Shown here in pieces: positions 1 to 13,750 of a DNA stretch of 64,000 nt (within the stretch, counting starts at the first letter, position 1; every line of letters begins with the position of its first letter). The notes below the pieces were generated by a model that was not told where the DNA came from, searched no databases, and saw only the letters and a program-made list of their open reading frames with translations. The DNA is from Lama glama (lineage: Eukaryota): the NCBI GenBank assembly GCA_028534125.1, contig CM052816.1, positions 15,068,001 to 15,132,000 of the forward strand. The letters are read 5' to 3'. The position numbers and the translations under genes were made by a program.

Positions 1-979
1 AGATACCCTTTAAAGACTTTGATGGAGATGAAGAACATGCTCTCCTTTTTAAGAGAAAAAGCCAAATGTAAAACCTTTTATCTGTTACATGACATTTTCC
101 AACACCAAGGAGCAAGAATGGGAAACCAGTTATGTTATTAACTTCCTGAGTGTCTATGTTACTTCTAAATATTAAGCTGGGGACTAGAGACAATCTGACT
201 CAGTTAATTAATTAACTTGCAATTAATTATTGGACCTGATTGAATAGTTTTTTCCAAAATAGTCCCAAATGTGGCTTGAAATAGGGCAAAAAAATAATTA
301 TGTTTGAGTAAGAATAATTCATATAAATAAATCCGATTACCTCCCCTCCAACAAAATTTTTAAAATAAAAAAAATAAAATAAAATAGAGTAATTCCTGAC
401 CCACAACTATTACAGAAGCAGATCCAGCAGACAGGTTAAGACAACACTCTTAATCATAATCATCTACAGAAGGAATATGCCAATGTTACAAGCTGAGAGC
501 ACAAAGAGATGTTTCTGGAGTGATAGAACTATTACAGTGGAGCAGGTGGTTAAGAGAAATAGAGACAGTTCTCATGTCTTGCCTCACAACTAAGAGAAAA
601 CAGGCAAAGATCACTAGAATGCTTTGACAGACTTGTAAAATACAAAAATACTTGGGAGGAAAAACCAGCATTTTTTTCCTTTGCTCAGCTTGCTCAGGTG
701 TTTCTAAGGCAACGAAATCTAATAATTACTGTCAAAACACAGAATGTGTAAGTAAGGAGGATGGACCCCAAATTCGTGTTCATTCCTAAAATCCGATGGA
801 CCCACCTAAGGGACATCAATCTTTTAATTATCCACTCTTTTAACCTTTTCTTCTCTATTGGCCCTCTACATCCCAATCAAATGTCCCCTCTTTTGAAGGT
901 AATTACTTTTAAGGGTACTCAATAGTTTCATCTCTGTTTTCCTAATCCCCTTCCTTTTTTAATTCACTGCTTCTCCTCT

Positions 980-1620
980 AACCACACTTCTCAAACTTAT
1001 TTTGCTAAAATGTTCAATGACATCATAATGACCAGCCCAATAAACACTTTAACAACCTCTTCTTACTTGACTTTTCTGTGACATTCTACAATTAATTGCA
1101 ACCAACACTTTTTTCTCGAAATTTTCCTGTTTTGATTTTGATAAAGTATCTTTCCTATTTCTTTTGGCCCTTTTTTCCTTCTCCATTTTATATGCTATCC
1201 ATACATAGTTTCATCCACACCCTAGGCTTCAACCATCACCTTTATGCAAATGACTCAAAGTTTATATTTAGAATTCAAACCTCTCTCAGATCAACAAATT
1301 CAAGTGACTATTGTCTACCACTACCTAAATGACATTTCCAAACTGAACCCATTGTTTCCATGAACCTTGACATTATCTGCTATTTTACTGTAGTACTCAC
1401 ATTTATTAACTAAGTCCTATCAAGTCTACCTCTAATATTATATTAAATTCCTTCCTCTAGCCTCAACTTAAATCTTCATAATTTCTTATCTAGATACTTT
1501 AGTGGTAGTTTAAATCCTTTACTCAACTGTAGCCCTATATAGTGGATACTATATAATACTGCTAATAACGTCTTATTAAAATTTAATTTTGATAATGAAA
1601 CTTTAACATCTTAAACTCTT
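980..1620 (+). mobile_element. Ancient L2 fragment
   Basis: ggcttcaaccatcacctttatgcaaatgactcaaag (GFNHHLYANDS, an L2 RT YADD-like remnant) in pyrimidine-rich sequence. Confidence 0.65.
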
Positions 1621-2599
1621 TCAACTTTTTAAAATATTTTTTCTGCGTGTTATTCTTAATTTTAGAAAAAAAGCTGTTACGCTAAATAAAATAATTATTC
1701 CATTGGAATTTTTATTGACACAGGGCCAAAGCCAACTAAATTGGGGAAAATATATTTTTGTAATACTCTGTCTAAGACTATATTATGCCCCTCCATTTAT
1801 ATAAGATTTTGAAATACTTTTGAACAAAATTTCACACTTTTCCCTTCACACTTCTCATAAAGTCATTCCTAGGTTATGTTTATTGCTCTTCTGAATGAGA
1901 TCTCTATCTGCCATTTTATTTTTTACTATTGGCAAATATAAAAACTATAATTATTTGGATGCAAATCATCTACCTAGGCACCTTTAAATGATTTGAGGCA
2001 AGATAATTCAAATAATTTTTTCAATTAACTTACTCTGATTCTGTAAGTACACAGTTTTTTCTTAATACACATAGAGATTAATGTAAAGATAATTTATATA
2101 GTCATATTTTTTAAATCTGGAAATAATCCAATTATAATACATACTATTACCGGAATGTACATAGTCATTTAAATTATTCTGATAAATAGTTTATAATAAC
2201 CTGAGACCTTATGTAACAATATTAAGTGAGGAAAGAGCATGAATTAAAAACATATATACTTTCCTTGTTTTATCCAAAAAGAGCTAAAAGTACTAATTAT
2301 TAATTAGACTTTGAGAATTCAAGGATTATGTTTTAAAACCTAAGATAACCACCAAAATGACTACAAAAAGAATTTTTCAAGTTTAAAAAACACAAAGAAT
2401 GTCAACTTTCAAGCTAATAGCAGGATGTCAACTAAGCATCTCCCCAAGGAACGTATCTGAAACTCAAGCAAAGATCAATGTACATACAGACTTGTTCATT
2501 GCAGTGATATTTATGATAAACAGTGGCATTAAATGCTCAGCATAGGAGAATCTCTATCTGTGATGAAGTATTATACAGCCATGTAAAATGATGCCCTCT

Positions 2600-2895
2600 A
2601 TAACAACAACAACAACAACAACAGGTTTATAGATAACAGAACAAACTACTGGTCACCAGCGGGGAGAGGGTCGGGGAGGGGCAAAATACGGGTAGAGGAT
2701 TAAGAGGTATAAACTACTATGTATAAAGTAAATAAGCTACAGGATATGTTGTACAGCACAGGGAATATAGCCAATATGTTGTAATAATTATAAATGAAAT
2801 ACAACTCTAAAAAATTGTGAATCACTATGTTGTACATCTGAAACTAATGTAAGGTACATTAACTACACTTCAATGAAAACAAAATAACAAAAAAA
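2600..2895 (+). mobile_element. Short L1 3' end with (AAC)n
   Basis: ...gttgtacagcacagggaatatagccaata...gaatcactatgttgtacatctgaaac...cttcaatgaaaa. Confidence 0.75.
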
Positions 2896-3159
2896 TACTT
2901 TCTTAAATTTCACTATATTCTATAATAAAGACAAATAAACTATATAATAAAATATCATATATTTATATATGATTTCAACTATTTTTTAAAATGTTCATGG
3001 AACTTTTTTTTTCAAAAAGAGCTGTAAACACATATAGTTGTGACTGTACTTAGGTTTTGGGACTACATATGATTTCTTTTTCCAAAACATCTGCAATGAT
3101 TATGTGGTACTATTTGATGGAAAAGTTATTTTTAAATCTTTTTTCATTCTGACTGCCTA

Positions 3160-3680
3160 CTATTTCCCCATGATAAAATCTAAAATTTTAGGCATTACAT
3201 TGAAGGATCTTCTTAATCTGATTCTTATTCACCTTTCTAGCCAAAACTTCTTCCTTGCTTACACAGGTACAGTATACTCTAGCCAAATCAAACTTTTTTC
3301 AGCTTCTCTTGTGCTTTCTCATTCCTCCAGGGCTTAATGGATTTTGCTCTGTCTGAAATACCTATTCTCCACTCTACTTCCTTGCTACCCAAATCACCCA
3401 TTAACATTCTGCTATAGAGACATCTTACATGGGAAGACTTTTCTGCCTGCCCTCACCCTCCATCAAATACTATACTGAGTTAGTTCCTTTCCTTCTGTGC
3501 TTCCTAGGTAGCATGTATTTTGTTTCATTGTAGCTCAAATGTGTTTGTATTATAACTGACAGTTTAACTGTTTATTGTTGAGGTATCTTTTAATGTTATG
3601 AATTATATCTTATCTGTCTCCACATTTTGACTGTCTCATGCTCAAAAAGTATGTTAAATGGAGTGGCTAGAATAAAGAAA
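3160..3680 (+). mobile_element. Ancient L2 3' fragment
   Basis: Degenerate L2 3' sequence ending ...tgctcaaaaagtatgttaaatg. Confidence 0.5.
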
Positions 3681-3919
3681 TATAGAAATTATTGTATGTC
3701 AAGTAAAGCCACAAACACCATCTTTAATACAGTTTGATTATCTGAATGTTTTAAGTGAAAGCATGTGCTCTCTTGATTCAGTTACTAAGTATTTCACAGT
3801 TGATCTAATGTCTGAATTACTTTCTTTCCAAAATTTATAATAAAAGATTTAAATCCTCCTACAAAGCATTTCAGTACTACTCAGATGCTAGTCCATGGTG
3901 ATAAAACTGTGTGATAGGG

Positions 3920-6900
3920 AATCTCAAGTAATGGCAGCCTAAATTATTTAGAGCAGCCGTCTTACTGAAAGCAAGCAAATATTCTGGATAAAATATAAAA
4001 AACAATTATCTTAAAAGCACCAAAAATCTGACAATACAATGGGGACCTGCTGAGACAAATTCTAGAGGAAACTTAAATCCAAAGAGGTAAGCAGAATTTT
4101 GAACCTGCTTTTTGTTCTGAAAGCACCTGCCAACATAAACTTGGACATATATTCAGATAACTTGTTGGGTGAGACAGACATGAATAAACATAAGATCAGG
4201 AATCTTATGGGATCTCCAAACTACAATAATCTGGAACCCCAAAGACTACACTCTCCAGGTAATGGTGGGACTAAACTAAATCCACCTACCCTCCAACCCA
4301 GAGAACTGCTGTCAAGTTTGACTTGGAGCCAACCAGGAAAGCAGGAAAGGAAAAAAAATCCTATAAAGTTGTGGTTGGGTACTGGACACCTCACAGATTT
4401 TTAGCTGGGTTTATGTGTAATCAAAGTCTCCAAAGACCCTCAAGTCTTGAACTTAGATTAAAATAGTTTACAACTTGTAGTATTCAGACACTGGCAGATG
4501 TAAATAAAAATCTATCCTGAAGGCACTTTCATCCAAGAACTCAGGATATCCTGACATATATTTTTCAAGGTAATGACCATTGCAAGTCAGAGAAAATCCT
4601 GCACACATGGAAACATGGAGCTGTGATCAAAAACCAGCTGAAGCAGCACACAGCAGAAACATACTTTCAGACTTCAGACTCCAGAACTACCAAAGACTTA
4701 TAATATTTAAATAAATAAAAAGCAAGCTTGAAAATATTTTCAGAGAATGAAAAATAAATTTAAAGTGTCCTAGCAGATTTGAACAATACTAATTAGAATT
4801 TTAAAAATAAAAAAATAGCTAAAATTTACAAACTCAAGGGACACACAAGACATAATTAGTAAAACTGAAAGAAAGATAATATTAAATTAAATATTAAATT
4901 ACTCATAAAACAGCACAATGAGACAACAGTGGAACCCAGAGGACAGGCAATAACTTTAATGTGCCAAAATGAAATAAATTCCAATCTAGAATTCTATACC
5001 AAAGGAAAAATATCTATCTAGAATGACATTTCAGACAAACAAAAACTAAAAGAGTTCGTCACCAACAGAAGTAGCGATAAAGAAGAGTTATTTCATAATG
5101 TTAAAAGTTTCAATTTAACAAGAAAATATTACAAATTAAAATTTGGTTAAGTATCTAAATAAAATAGCCTCAAAATATACAAAGCAAAAAGCTGATGGAA
5201 ATCTAAGAAGACATAAACAGTTCACTATTCATAGTGGGATACGTTAACATAACTTTCTCAGTCTCATAAAATAAGCAAATATAAAGAATAAAAAAGAACA
5301 CAGAAATATTTGAACTACACAGTAGCAAATGACTTGACAGACATTTATAGAGCACTACTAAGGGCAATTTCAGAATACTACCTTTTCATGAACATGGAAA
5401 TTCATGAACATTTACAAAAATTGACCATTCACACCCTGAAATACTATACAGTAAGAATCAATGATATGCAGCTATATACAACAATATGGATAAATCTCAC
5501 AAATAACCATGGTTAGTCACAGATGATAAAACAAAAGCGTATATACTATATAATTCCATATATATAAAGTATTAAAACAGCAAAACAAATCTAGATCGTT
5601 AGAAGTCAGAATAGTGCTTACCCTAGGGGAGACTGATTGGAGCTTCTGGAGTGCTGGGAATGTTCTGTGTCTAGATCTGTGTGCTAGTTACATAGATGTG
5701 TTCAATTTGACTACATTTATCCAGCGCTGCACTTACAATGTGTGTGCACTTTTCTATATGTATACTATACTACAATAAACAAAAAGGTTTTCAAAAAATG
5801 GCTATATGATGGGCTGGAAAGTAAATTTCAACAAATATCAAAGAATAAAATCATACTAGATATGATCTGACAACAGTGGGATGTAATTAGAACTCTATAA
5901 CTAAAAGATTATAGGTAATCTCTATGTGTAGAATATATCTGTTTTTGGAGATTAAAAAAATAACCTATGATTCAAAGAAGGAATCACAAAGGAAATTAGA
6001 AATATACTAAATGGTTGATTTAAAAAAATTTACATATGAAAACTTGTCATGGATTTATTGAGATTTTCTTTATGGTCCAGACTATGTTTAATTTTGGTAA
6101 ATGCATCATGAGCATTTTTAAAGAGTTTTCTTTCCGCAGTTGTTGGGTGATTTTATACATATACATACACACACACACATACACACAAAGTTTGTTATTC
6201 CTTTTATTCAAATTCTCTATATCCTTATTGATTTTCATTTGTGTTCTTATTCTGTTTCTGAACAAAACATGTTAAAATTTCCCATTCTGGTTTGGAGTTC
6301 TCTATTTCTCCTTGGAGTTTAACCATTTTTGTTTAAGGTAGTTAAAGATGATGTTACTAATGCATTAAAATTAATGATTATTTTATCATCTAGTGGACTG
6401 ATTTTTATCATTGTTATGTCCCTATTTATATCTATAAGTCTTCTTGCCTTAAGGACCATTATAAGTGACGTTTGTATAACTGGCGTTATAGTTTTGTTTT
6501 GATAAGTGTTTACATGGTATACCTCTTTCATCCTTTTATTTCCAACTTTTCTTTATTCTTTTAATAAAGGTGTGCCTCTAATAAGTGACATATGGGTGTT
6601 TAATTTCTAACCAGTCTGACCAACTTTGTTAACTAGAGTGTTTAGTCTGTTTATATTTAATGTAACTACTGATATACTTGGGTTTTAAAATATCATCTTA
6701 CTATTTGTATTTATGTATCTTATCTATTCTAATTTGCCTTTTTATGTTTCTCATCTCTTATAGACTAATTAAGTATATTTTTATCCTATTTTTCTCCCCA
6801 CTATTAACTACTAAGTTACACATTTTAAAAATGTTTTAAATGAATTGCCTTAGAAGATACAACATTCATCCTTGATTTATTAAAGTCTAGTGTAATTTTT

Positions 6901-9800
6901 CACTTTCACCACTTCCGGAGCAATGCAATGGCCTTAGAACCTTTTAATTCCATTTACCTCTCTCCATATTTTTGTTGTTATCCCCATATTTCAGTTCTTT
7001 TTATATTTTAAATTCTACTATGTATTATTGTTGTTTTACTCAGTGAATATTTACCTCCTCTGCTCCTTTCTTTTCCTTTCCTTCCTTCCTAGATTTCTTT
7101 GCTTCTTCCTGGGAATATTTTCCATATAACTAAAGAAATCACTTACTATGTCCCTCAGTGCAGATCTGATTCAGACATATACCTTCAATTTTGTTTTGTT
7201 TGGAAGTATTTTATTTACTTCTTTTTCTGAAGGATGTTTTTGCTAGGTATAAAATTCTAGGTTTTCAGATGCTTTCTTTAAGCCCTTGAAGATGTCATTT
7301 CATTGTTTTCTGGTTTCCACTTTTTCCCTTGAGATCTGAGTTGTTAGCCTTCCTATTGCTCACTCAAAGGTAATGTTTTTTATTTTCTGGCAGTCAAAAG
7401 ATGGCTCATTGAAAAAACTAATAAAATCAGTAAGTCTACAGTAAAATTTATCAAAAGGATATAAAAATACCAACCCTAGGAGTGCAGAAAGAAACAGCGT
7501 ATGGCCCCTACAACATTAAAATAATAAGAAAGGGAGCAGAGCCAAGATGCTGGAGTAGAGACTCACAGCTCACCCTCTTCCACAAGTGTATACCAAGAAC
7601 TACATCTACAAACCCATCGAATCGCACAGAACACATACTGAATTCTGGCAGAGTGCCTCTCATTTTGAAATACAGGAAGATTCTTATAAAATCTGATAAA
7701 CAATAAGTTTATACCATATAGCACAGGGAACCATATTCAGTATCTTGTAGTAACCTATGGTGAAGAATATGAGAATGAATGTATGTATGTTCCTATGTGA
7801 CTTAAGCATTGTGCTGTACACCGGAAATTGACACAACATTGTAAATTGACTATACTTCAATAAAAATATATTCAAAATAATAAAAAATATTATGAACAAC
7901 TTTAAGCCCATACATTATAACATTTAGATTAAATGTACAAATTTATTGGAAAACACAATTAACCAAATTGCATAACTAGAAACAGAAGCTCTGTATAGTT
8001 CTATACCTAATATAGATATTGATTTATAATTAAAAACATTTTCATGAAGAGAATTCTAATCCAACAAGGCTTCCTTCTGAATTCTCCCAAATGTTTATGG
8101 GAGAAAAAAACACTAATTTACACAAACTTTCCAAAGAATTGAAAAAGAGGTAATACTTCTCATTTTGCTATATGAAGCCAGCACACTCTTGATACCAAAC
8201 CCTGACAAAAATATTATAAGAATGGAAAACTATAAGCCAATTTATATCATAAACATAGATTTTTAAAATTCTAAGCAATACGTCCAGTGATACAAAGAAA
8301 GATAACACATCAAAATGAACCTAGATTTATTCTAAGAATGCAAGATTGATTCACTACTAGTAAATCAACCAATATATTACTAATAAATCAACCAATAAAA
8401 GTCATAATTTGAATAAAGTAAAAGGATAAAAATCATATGATCACCTTAATAAATAGAAAAATATGTGATAAGTTTAAAATCCATTCATGATTTAAAAAAG
8501 AAAGAAAGAAACAAGCTCTTAGTAAGTTGGAAAGAGAAGGAAGTTTCCTTAACCTCATAAAAAGGCTCTGGAAAAAGTCAAACAATGTATTTCATATTAC
8601 GTATTAAAAAGTTTCTCTCTGAGATCAGGAGTAAAACAAGACTACCCATTATCATTGCTTCAGCAATGCCATAAAACAAGAAAACTTTGTGATTAGATAG
8701 TAAAAAATAAATAAGTAAAACTAGCATTATTTGGAGACAGCAAATAATGTTAGTTTCATATGACAATATATGTAGAAAATGTAAAATAATATAAAATGTG
8801 AGATTTTTAAAATAAATTTAGCAAGGACACTGGACACAAAGTCAATATAAAATCAGTTTTATATTTCTATACTTGCAACAAAAACTAATTACAAAATTAA
8901 AATTTTTAAATATTATTTAAAATATCAAATATCTAGTGAAAGTTGTGCAACACACACTCATGAAAACACACATAAACACTGAGAGAAAATAATAGATAAA
9001 ATAAAAGGAAGGATATGCCATGTTAATGGGCCAGACATTTATGGACATATTGTCATTATGTCAATAAAGCCCATTTTTAAAAAAGAATCAATAAAAATTC
9101 AAATAAAATATTGTCAAAACATCCATATGCTAAGTAAAATCAGAGCAAGGGTTTTTTTGGGGGGGGGTAAAAATTGACAAGGTAATTCTACAATTTACAC
9201 AGAAATGCAAAAGGCAAAAAATAGGTAAATTAATCTTGAGGCAGAAGAACAATGTGGGAGAGTTTACACAATTGTGTATAAATACATATTAACAGCTACT
9301 CTATTTAACAGAACAGTACTGGCACAAGAACAGATAAATAGACCAGTGAAACAGATTAGAGCGTCTAGAAATAGACACAAATACATAGTTACTTAGTTTA
9401 TGACAAATGTAGCACTGCAGAGCAATGAAAAAGGATGATCTTTGTATTAAATCATGCCCTGAATATAGAAAATCAAAATGAATTTACACCTGGGAAAAAA
9501 TGCATTTCAGCTTCTACATTAAAAAAAACCCCACCAATTTCAGGTGGATTTAAGAATTTAAATGTGCAAGCTGAAACACGAAATTTTCTGGAAACGTGGC
9601 GACCACTAATCACATATGGCTAAATTAAATTTAAGCTTAAATTAGAAAGGATAAACCATAAAATGTGATCGCCTATAAGAGGGGAGAAGGACTAGCGTGG
9701 AGGAACAGGGATAGTAGATGCCAGGCTTCTCTAAATATAATTTATTTTTAAAATTTATTTTGGAACAATGTAAATATTTCACATAACTATAAAAGAAATT
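3920..9800 (+). mobile_element. Mosaic of old, diverged L1 fragments, including a reverse-oriented piece at about 6050-7390
   Basis: A-rich degenerate ORF1/ORF2 sequence on the plus strand. The T-rich block 6050-7390 translates on minus to L1 EN-like KINKDIENLN. Boundaries approximate. Confidence 0.75.
7531..7873 (+). mobile_element. Mini-L1: about 165 bp of L1 5'UTR start fused directly to about 175 bp of L1 3' end, inserted into an older L1 ORF2
   Basis: Starts GGGAGCAGAGCCAAGATGCTGGAGTAG and ends ...GACTATACTTCAATAAAAA. TSD aaaataataagaa (7518-7530) and aaaataataaaaa (7874-7886). The host ORF2 resumes at atattatgaacaac. Confidence 0.8.
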
Positions 9801-9849
9801 CAATTTTAAAAAGCAAGCCCTAAATTTGAAAGCAACTTAAAACAAAATA

Positions 9850-12795
9850 AGACCACAACTTGAAATATGAAAATTACAAGAGGAAAAACCTCATTGGTAA
9901 AGACAAATATACAGAAAGATAGTAAATCAACAATTTATAAAACTAGTAGGGAGGTTAAAAACAAAAGTAGCAAAATTATCTATATCCACAATAATTAGTC
10001 AAGGGATATACAAAACAATAAGAGGATGTCAAAAAAGATTAAATGTGGGGAAGAGAGAAAAAAATGCAGGGTTGTTAGAACGTGTTTGAACTTTAGAGAT
10101 CACCAACTTAAAGTAATCATATGTATGCATATATACATATATGGCTATATATAAACCTTATTTTTATTACAAATAAAAAATCTATAAAGAAAAAGGAATA
10201 AAAAAAAAGCACTAAAGGTAGTTAACTGACTCACACGGGAAAAGAACAAAAGAATAAAGGAACAAAAAAGGACACCACAAAAACAACCCCCCAAATTAAC
10301 AAAATGGCAATGAGTACATACCTATCAATAATTACCTTAAATGCAATGCATTAAATGCTCCAATCAAAAGACAAAGAGTGGCTCAATGGTTTTAAAAAGA
10401 GATCTATCTATATGCTGCCTAGAAGAGACTCAGCTCAGCTCTAAAGACACACAGACTAAAAGTGAGGGGATATAAAAAAGTATTCCATACAAATGGAAGC
10501 AAAAAGAAAGCTGGAGTAGCAACAGACTTTAACACAATGACTGTAACAAGAGACAAAGAATGACGTTACACAGTAATAAAGGGATAAATCCAACAAGGAG
10601 CTGTAACAACTAAAAATATATATGCACCCAACATAGGAGCACCTAAATACATAAAGCAAATATTAACAAATATAATGAAAGAAAATGACAGTAACACAAT
10701 AATAGAAGGGAACTTTAACACCCCGCTTACATCAATGAACAGATCATCCAGACAGCAAATTGATAAGGAAACAGTGAACTTAAAGGACACATTAAGCCAA
10801 ATGGACTTGACAGAACACTCCATGCAAAAGCAGCAGAATACACACTCTTTTCAAGCACACATGGAACATTCCCCAGGATAGATCAATGCTAGGCCACAAA
10901 ACAAGCCTCAATACATTTTAGAAGACTGAAATCCTTTTAAGCATCTTTTCTGATCACAACATTGTAAGACTACAAGGAAATCAACTATAAGGAAAAAACG
11001 GCAAAACAAAAAAACCCCACAAACATGTGTAGACTGAAAAATATACTACTAATCAATCAATGGGTCACTGAAGAAATCAAAGAGAAAATCGAAAAATACC
11101 TGGAGACAACTAAAAACAGAAACACAATGATTCAAAATCTATAGGACACAGCAAAAGCAGTTCTAAAAGAGAAATTTACAGCAACACAAGCCTGCATCAC
11201 AAAACCAGCAAAATCTCAAATAAACAACCTATCCTTACACCAAAAGGAACCAGAAAAAGAAGGAAAAAAACCCCAAAGTTAGAAGAAATCATATACATCA
11301 AAAAGTAATAAATGAAATACAAACTGAAAAAATAGAAAAGATCAATGAACATAAGAGCTGGTTCTCTGAAAAAACAAATGAAATTGATAAACCTTTAGCC
11401 AAACTCATCAAGAAAAAAAGAGAGAGACCCAAATAAATAAAATCAAAAATGAAAAAGAAGTTACAACTGACACCACATAAATAAAAAGAACCGTAAGATA
11501 GTACTACGAACAACTATATGAAAATAAAATGGACAATCTAGAAGAAATGGATAAAGCAAAAATAAACAAATGGGACTACATCAAACTAAAAGAGTTTTGC
11601 ATAGCAAAGAAATCTATCAACAAAATGAAAAAGCTACCTACCAAATGGGAGAAAACACTTATAAATGATATATCCAATAAGGGGTTAATACCCAAAATAA
11701 GCAAAGGACTCACATAACTCAACATCAAAAAACAAACCACCTGATTAAAACATGGGCAGAGGATCTGAATAGACATTTTTCCAAAGACATGCAGATGGGC
11801 AAATGATAACTGAAAAGATGCTCAGCATCACTAATCATCAGAAAACTGCAAATCAAAACCACAATCAGATATCACTTCATACCTGTAAGAATGGTTATTA
11901 TCAAAAAGACAAAAAACAACAAATGTTGGCAAGGATGTGGAGGCAAGGAAAAACTTGTACACTGTTTGTAGGAATGTAAATTGGCACAGCCAGCATGGAA
12001 AATAGTATAAAGTTTCCTCAAAAAATTAAAAATAGAACTAGCATACAATCCAGCAATTCCAGTTTTAGGTATTTTCCCAAAGAAAATGAAAACACTAATT
12101 TGGAAAGATATATGCACCCCCATATTCATTGCAGCATTAACCACTATTAATAGGCAAGATATGGAGGCAATCTAAGTGCCCACCAACAGCTGAATGAACA
12201 AAGATGTGGCATACATATATGGATAGATATAACACACACACACACACGTTACTCAGCCATAAAAAGGAATAAAATCTTGCCATTTGCAACAACATGGCTG
12301 GACCTTGAGGGTATTCTGCTAAGTGAAATAAGTCTAAGACAAAAACTGTATGATTTCACTTATATGTGGAATCTAAAAATCAAATTAACAAACATAACAG
12401 AACAAAAACAGAGTCATAGATATAGAGAACAAACAGGTCGTTGCCAGAAGTGAGGGATGGGGCAGAGAATGAGTGAGTTAGGTGAGGGAAATTAAGAGAT
12501 ACAAACTTCCAGGTACAGAATAAACAAGTCACAGGTATGAAATGTACAGTATGGGGAATATACTCTATAATAATGTAGTATATTTGATGGTGACAAGTGG
12601 TAATTAGACTTATCATAGTGATCATTTTGTAATGTATAGAAATATAGAATTACTATGTTGGGCACAAGGAATGAACATAAGTGTAGGTCAATTATACTTC
12701 AGAAACAAACTCACTCATAGAAAAAGAGATAAGATATGTGATTACCAGCGGTGGGGTTAGGGGAGAGGGTGAATTGGATGATGGTGGTTTAAAAA
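9850..12795 (+). mobile_element. L1 fragment (ORF1 end, endonuclease, internal deletion near 11553, 3' region)
   Basis: EN motif [25 protein letters not shown] is joined directly to [12 protein letters not shown], so the RT core is missing. L1 3'UTR follows. Confidence 0.88.
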
Positions 12796-13212
12796 ATATT
12801 AAATTTTAAAAAGCAAGCCCTAATTGTGAAAGCAACTTGAAATAAATGAATCTGACTCTATGTAGTTGGTGGCTTTACTACACAGGGATGAACTATTCCA
12901 AGACACTTCAAAACAGGGTAATTTGTACAAAGCCTAGTAAAATATACCCTACAAATAAAAAAATGGCAAAAATATTAAACTGTTACTGTAATTATATTGT
13001 TGGTGTGGTGTTGGCATTGTTTTCTTAGTCTGTTATTTGAGTAGTGTGTGGTATTAAATTAGTAATCATGTTGATATAAATGAAAACTGGGATTTTTGTC
13101 GTGGGAGAAAGGAGATACAAATGTAAGACTGACAAAAGTAGGTAAAGCCTTATAGTTCTAAACTTGGAAAGATAAGTATGAACTTGTGATGCATTTACCT
13201 TTTTAATTGCAT

Positions 13213-13275
13213 TTTAATTAATTAATTAATTTAATTTAATTTAATTATTTATTAATTAATTAATTAATTAAAAAA
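13213..13275. repeat. (TTAA)n / AT-only low-complexity tract
   Basis: ttaattaattaattaatttaatttaatttaattatttattaattaattaattaatta. Confidence 0.9.
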
Positions 13276-13489
13276 TTAATGCATTTTTAATGCATAGCCC
13301 TTAATTCAGTAACTGAAATTACCTAGAAACACTGACTCAACCCTGTAGGAATAAGCACACCTATTGTCCAGATTATATTTCTAAATATCATCTCCCATAA
13401 AAAAGAATTGAAGGATCCTCGGAGGATAGTTGGTTCCAGGTCTGAGACAGGAAATTGACAAGATGAACCTGGGTATTTGTAGTATCAGA

Positions 13490-13750
13490 AAGCAGACATT
13501 CTCTTTAAAATGAATGAAATGAGTAAGGAAAACAACTGACAGTATTTTGTCCAAGTGATAAAATTTAAGATTTTGAGTAAGAATCATTATTTTGGAAAAC
13601 TTGTGTCCACCACCGTGAGCTTGTAGCTTCCCAATACTGAAACACTGCCTGATGCGATCAGTGGTGGTATTGACAAATGTATAATAAAATGTGTCCACAT
13701 TTGGAAGATCTGTATAGTTCAGTGGACCAGTATTTACCGAACAACCAATA
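13490..13750 (+). mobile_element. hAT-Charlie (Charlie1-like) DNA transposon internal fragment
   Basis: ttggaaaacttgtgtccaccaccgtgagcttg...cttcccaatact...atttggaagatctgtatagttcagtggaccagtattt resembles the recalled Charlie1 transposase region. No TIRs seen. Confidence 0.6.
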
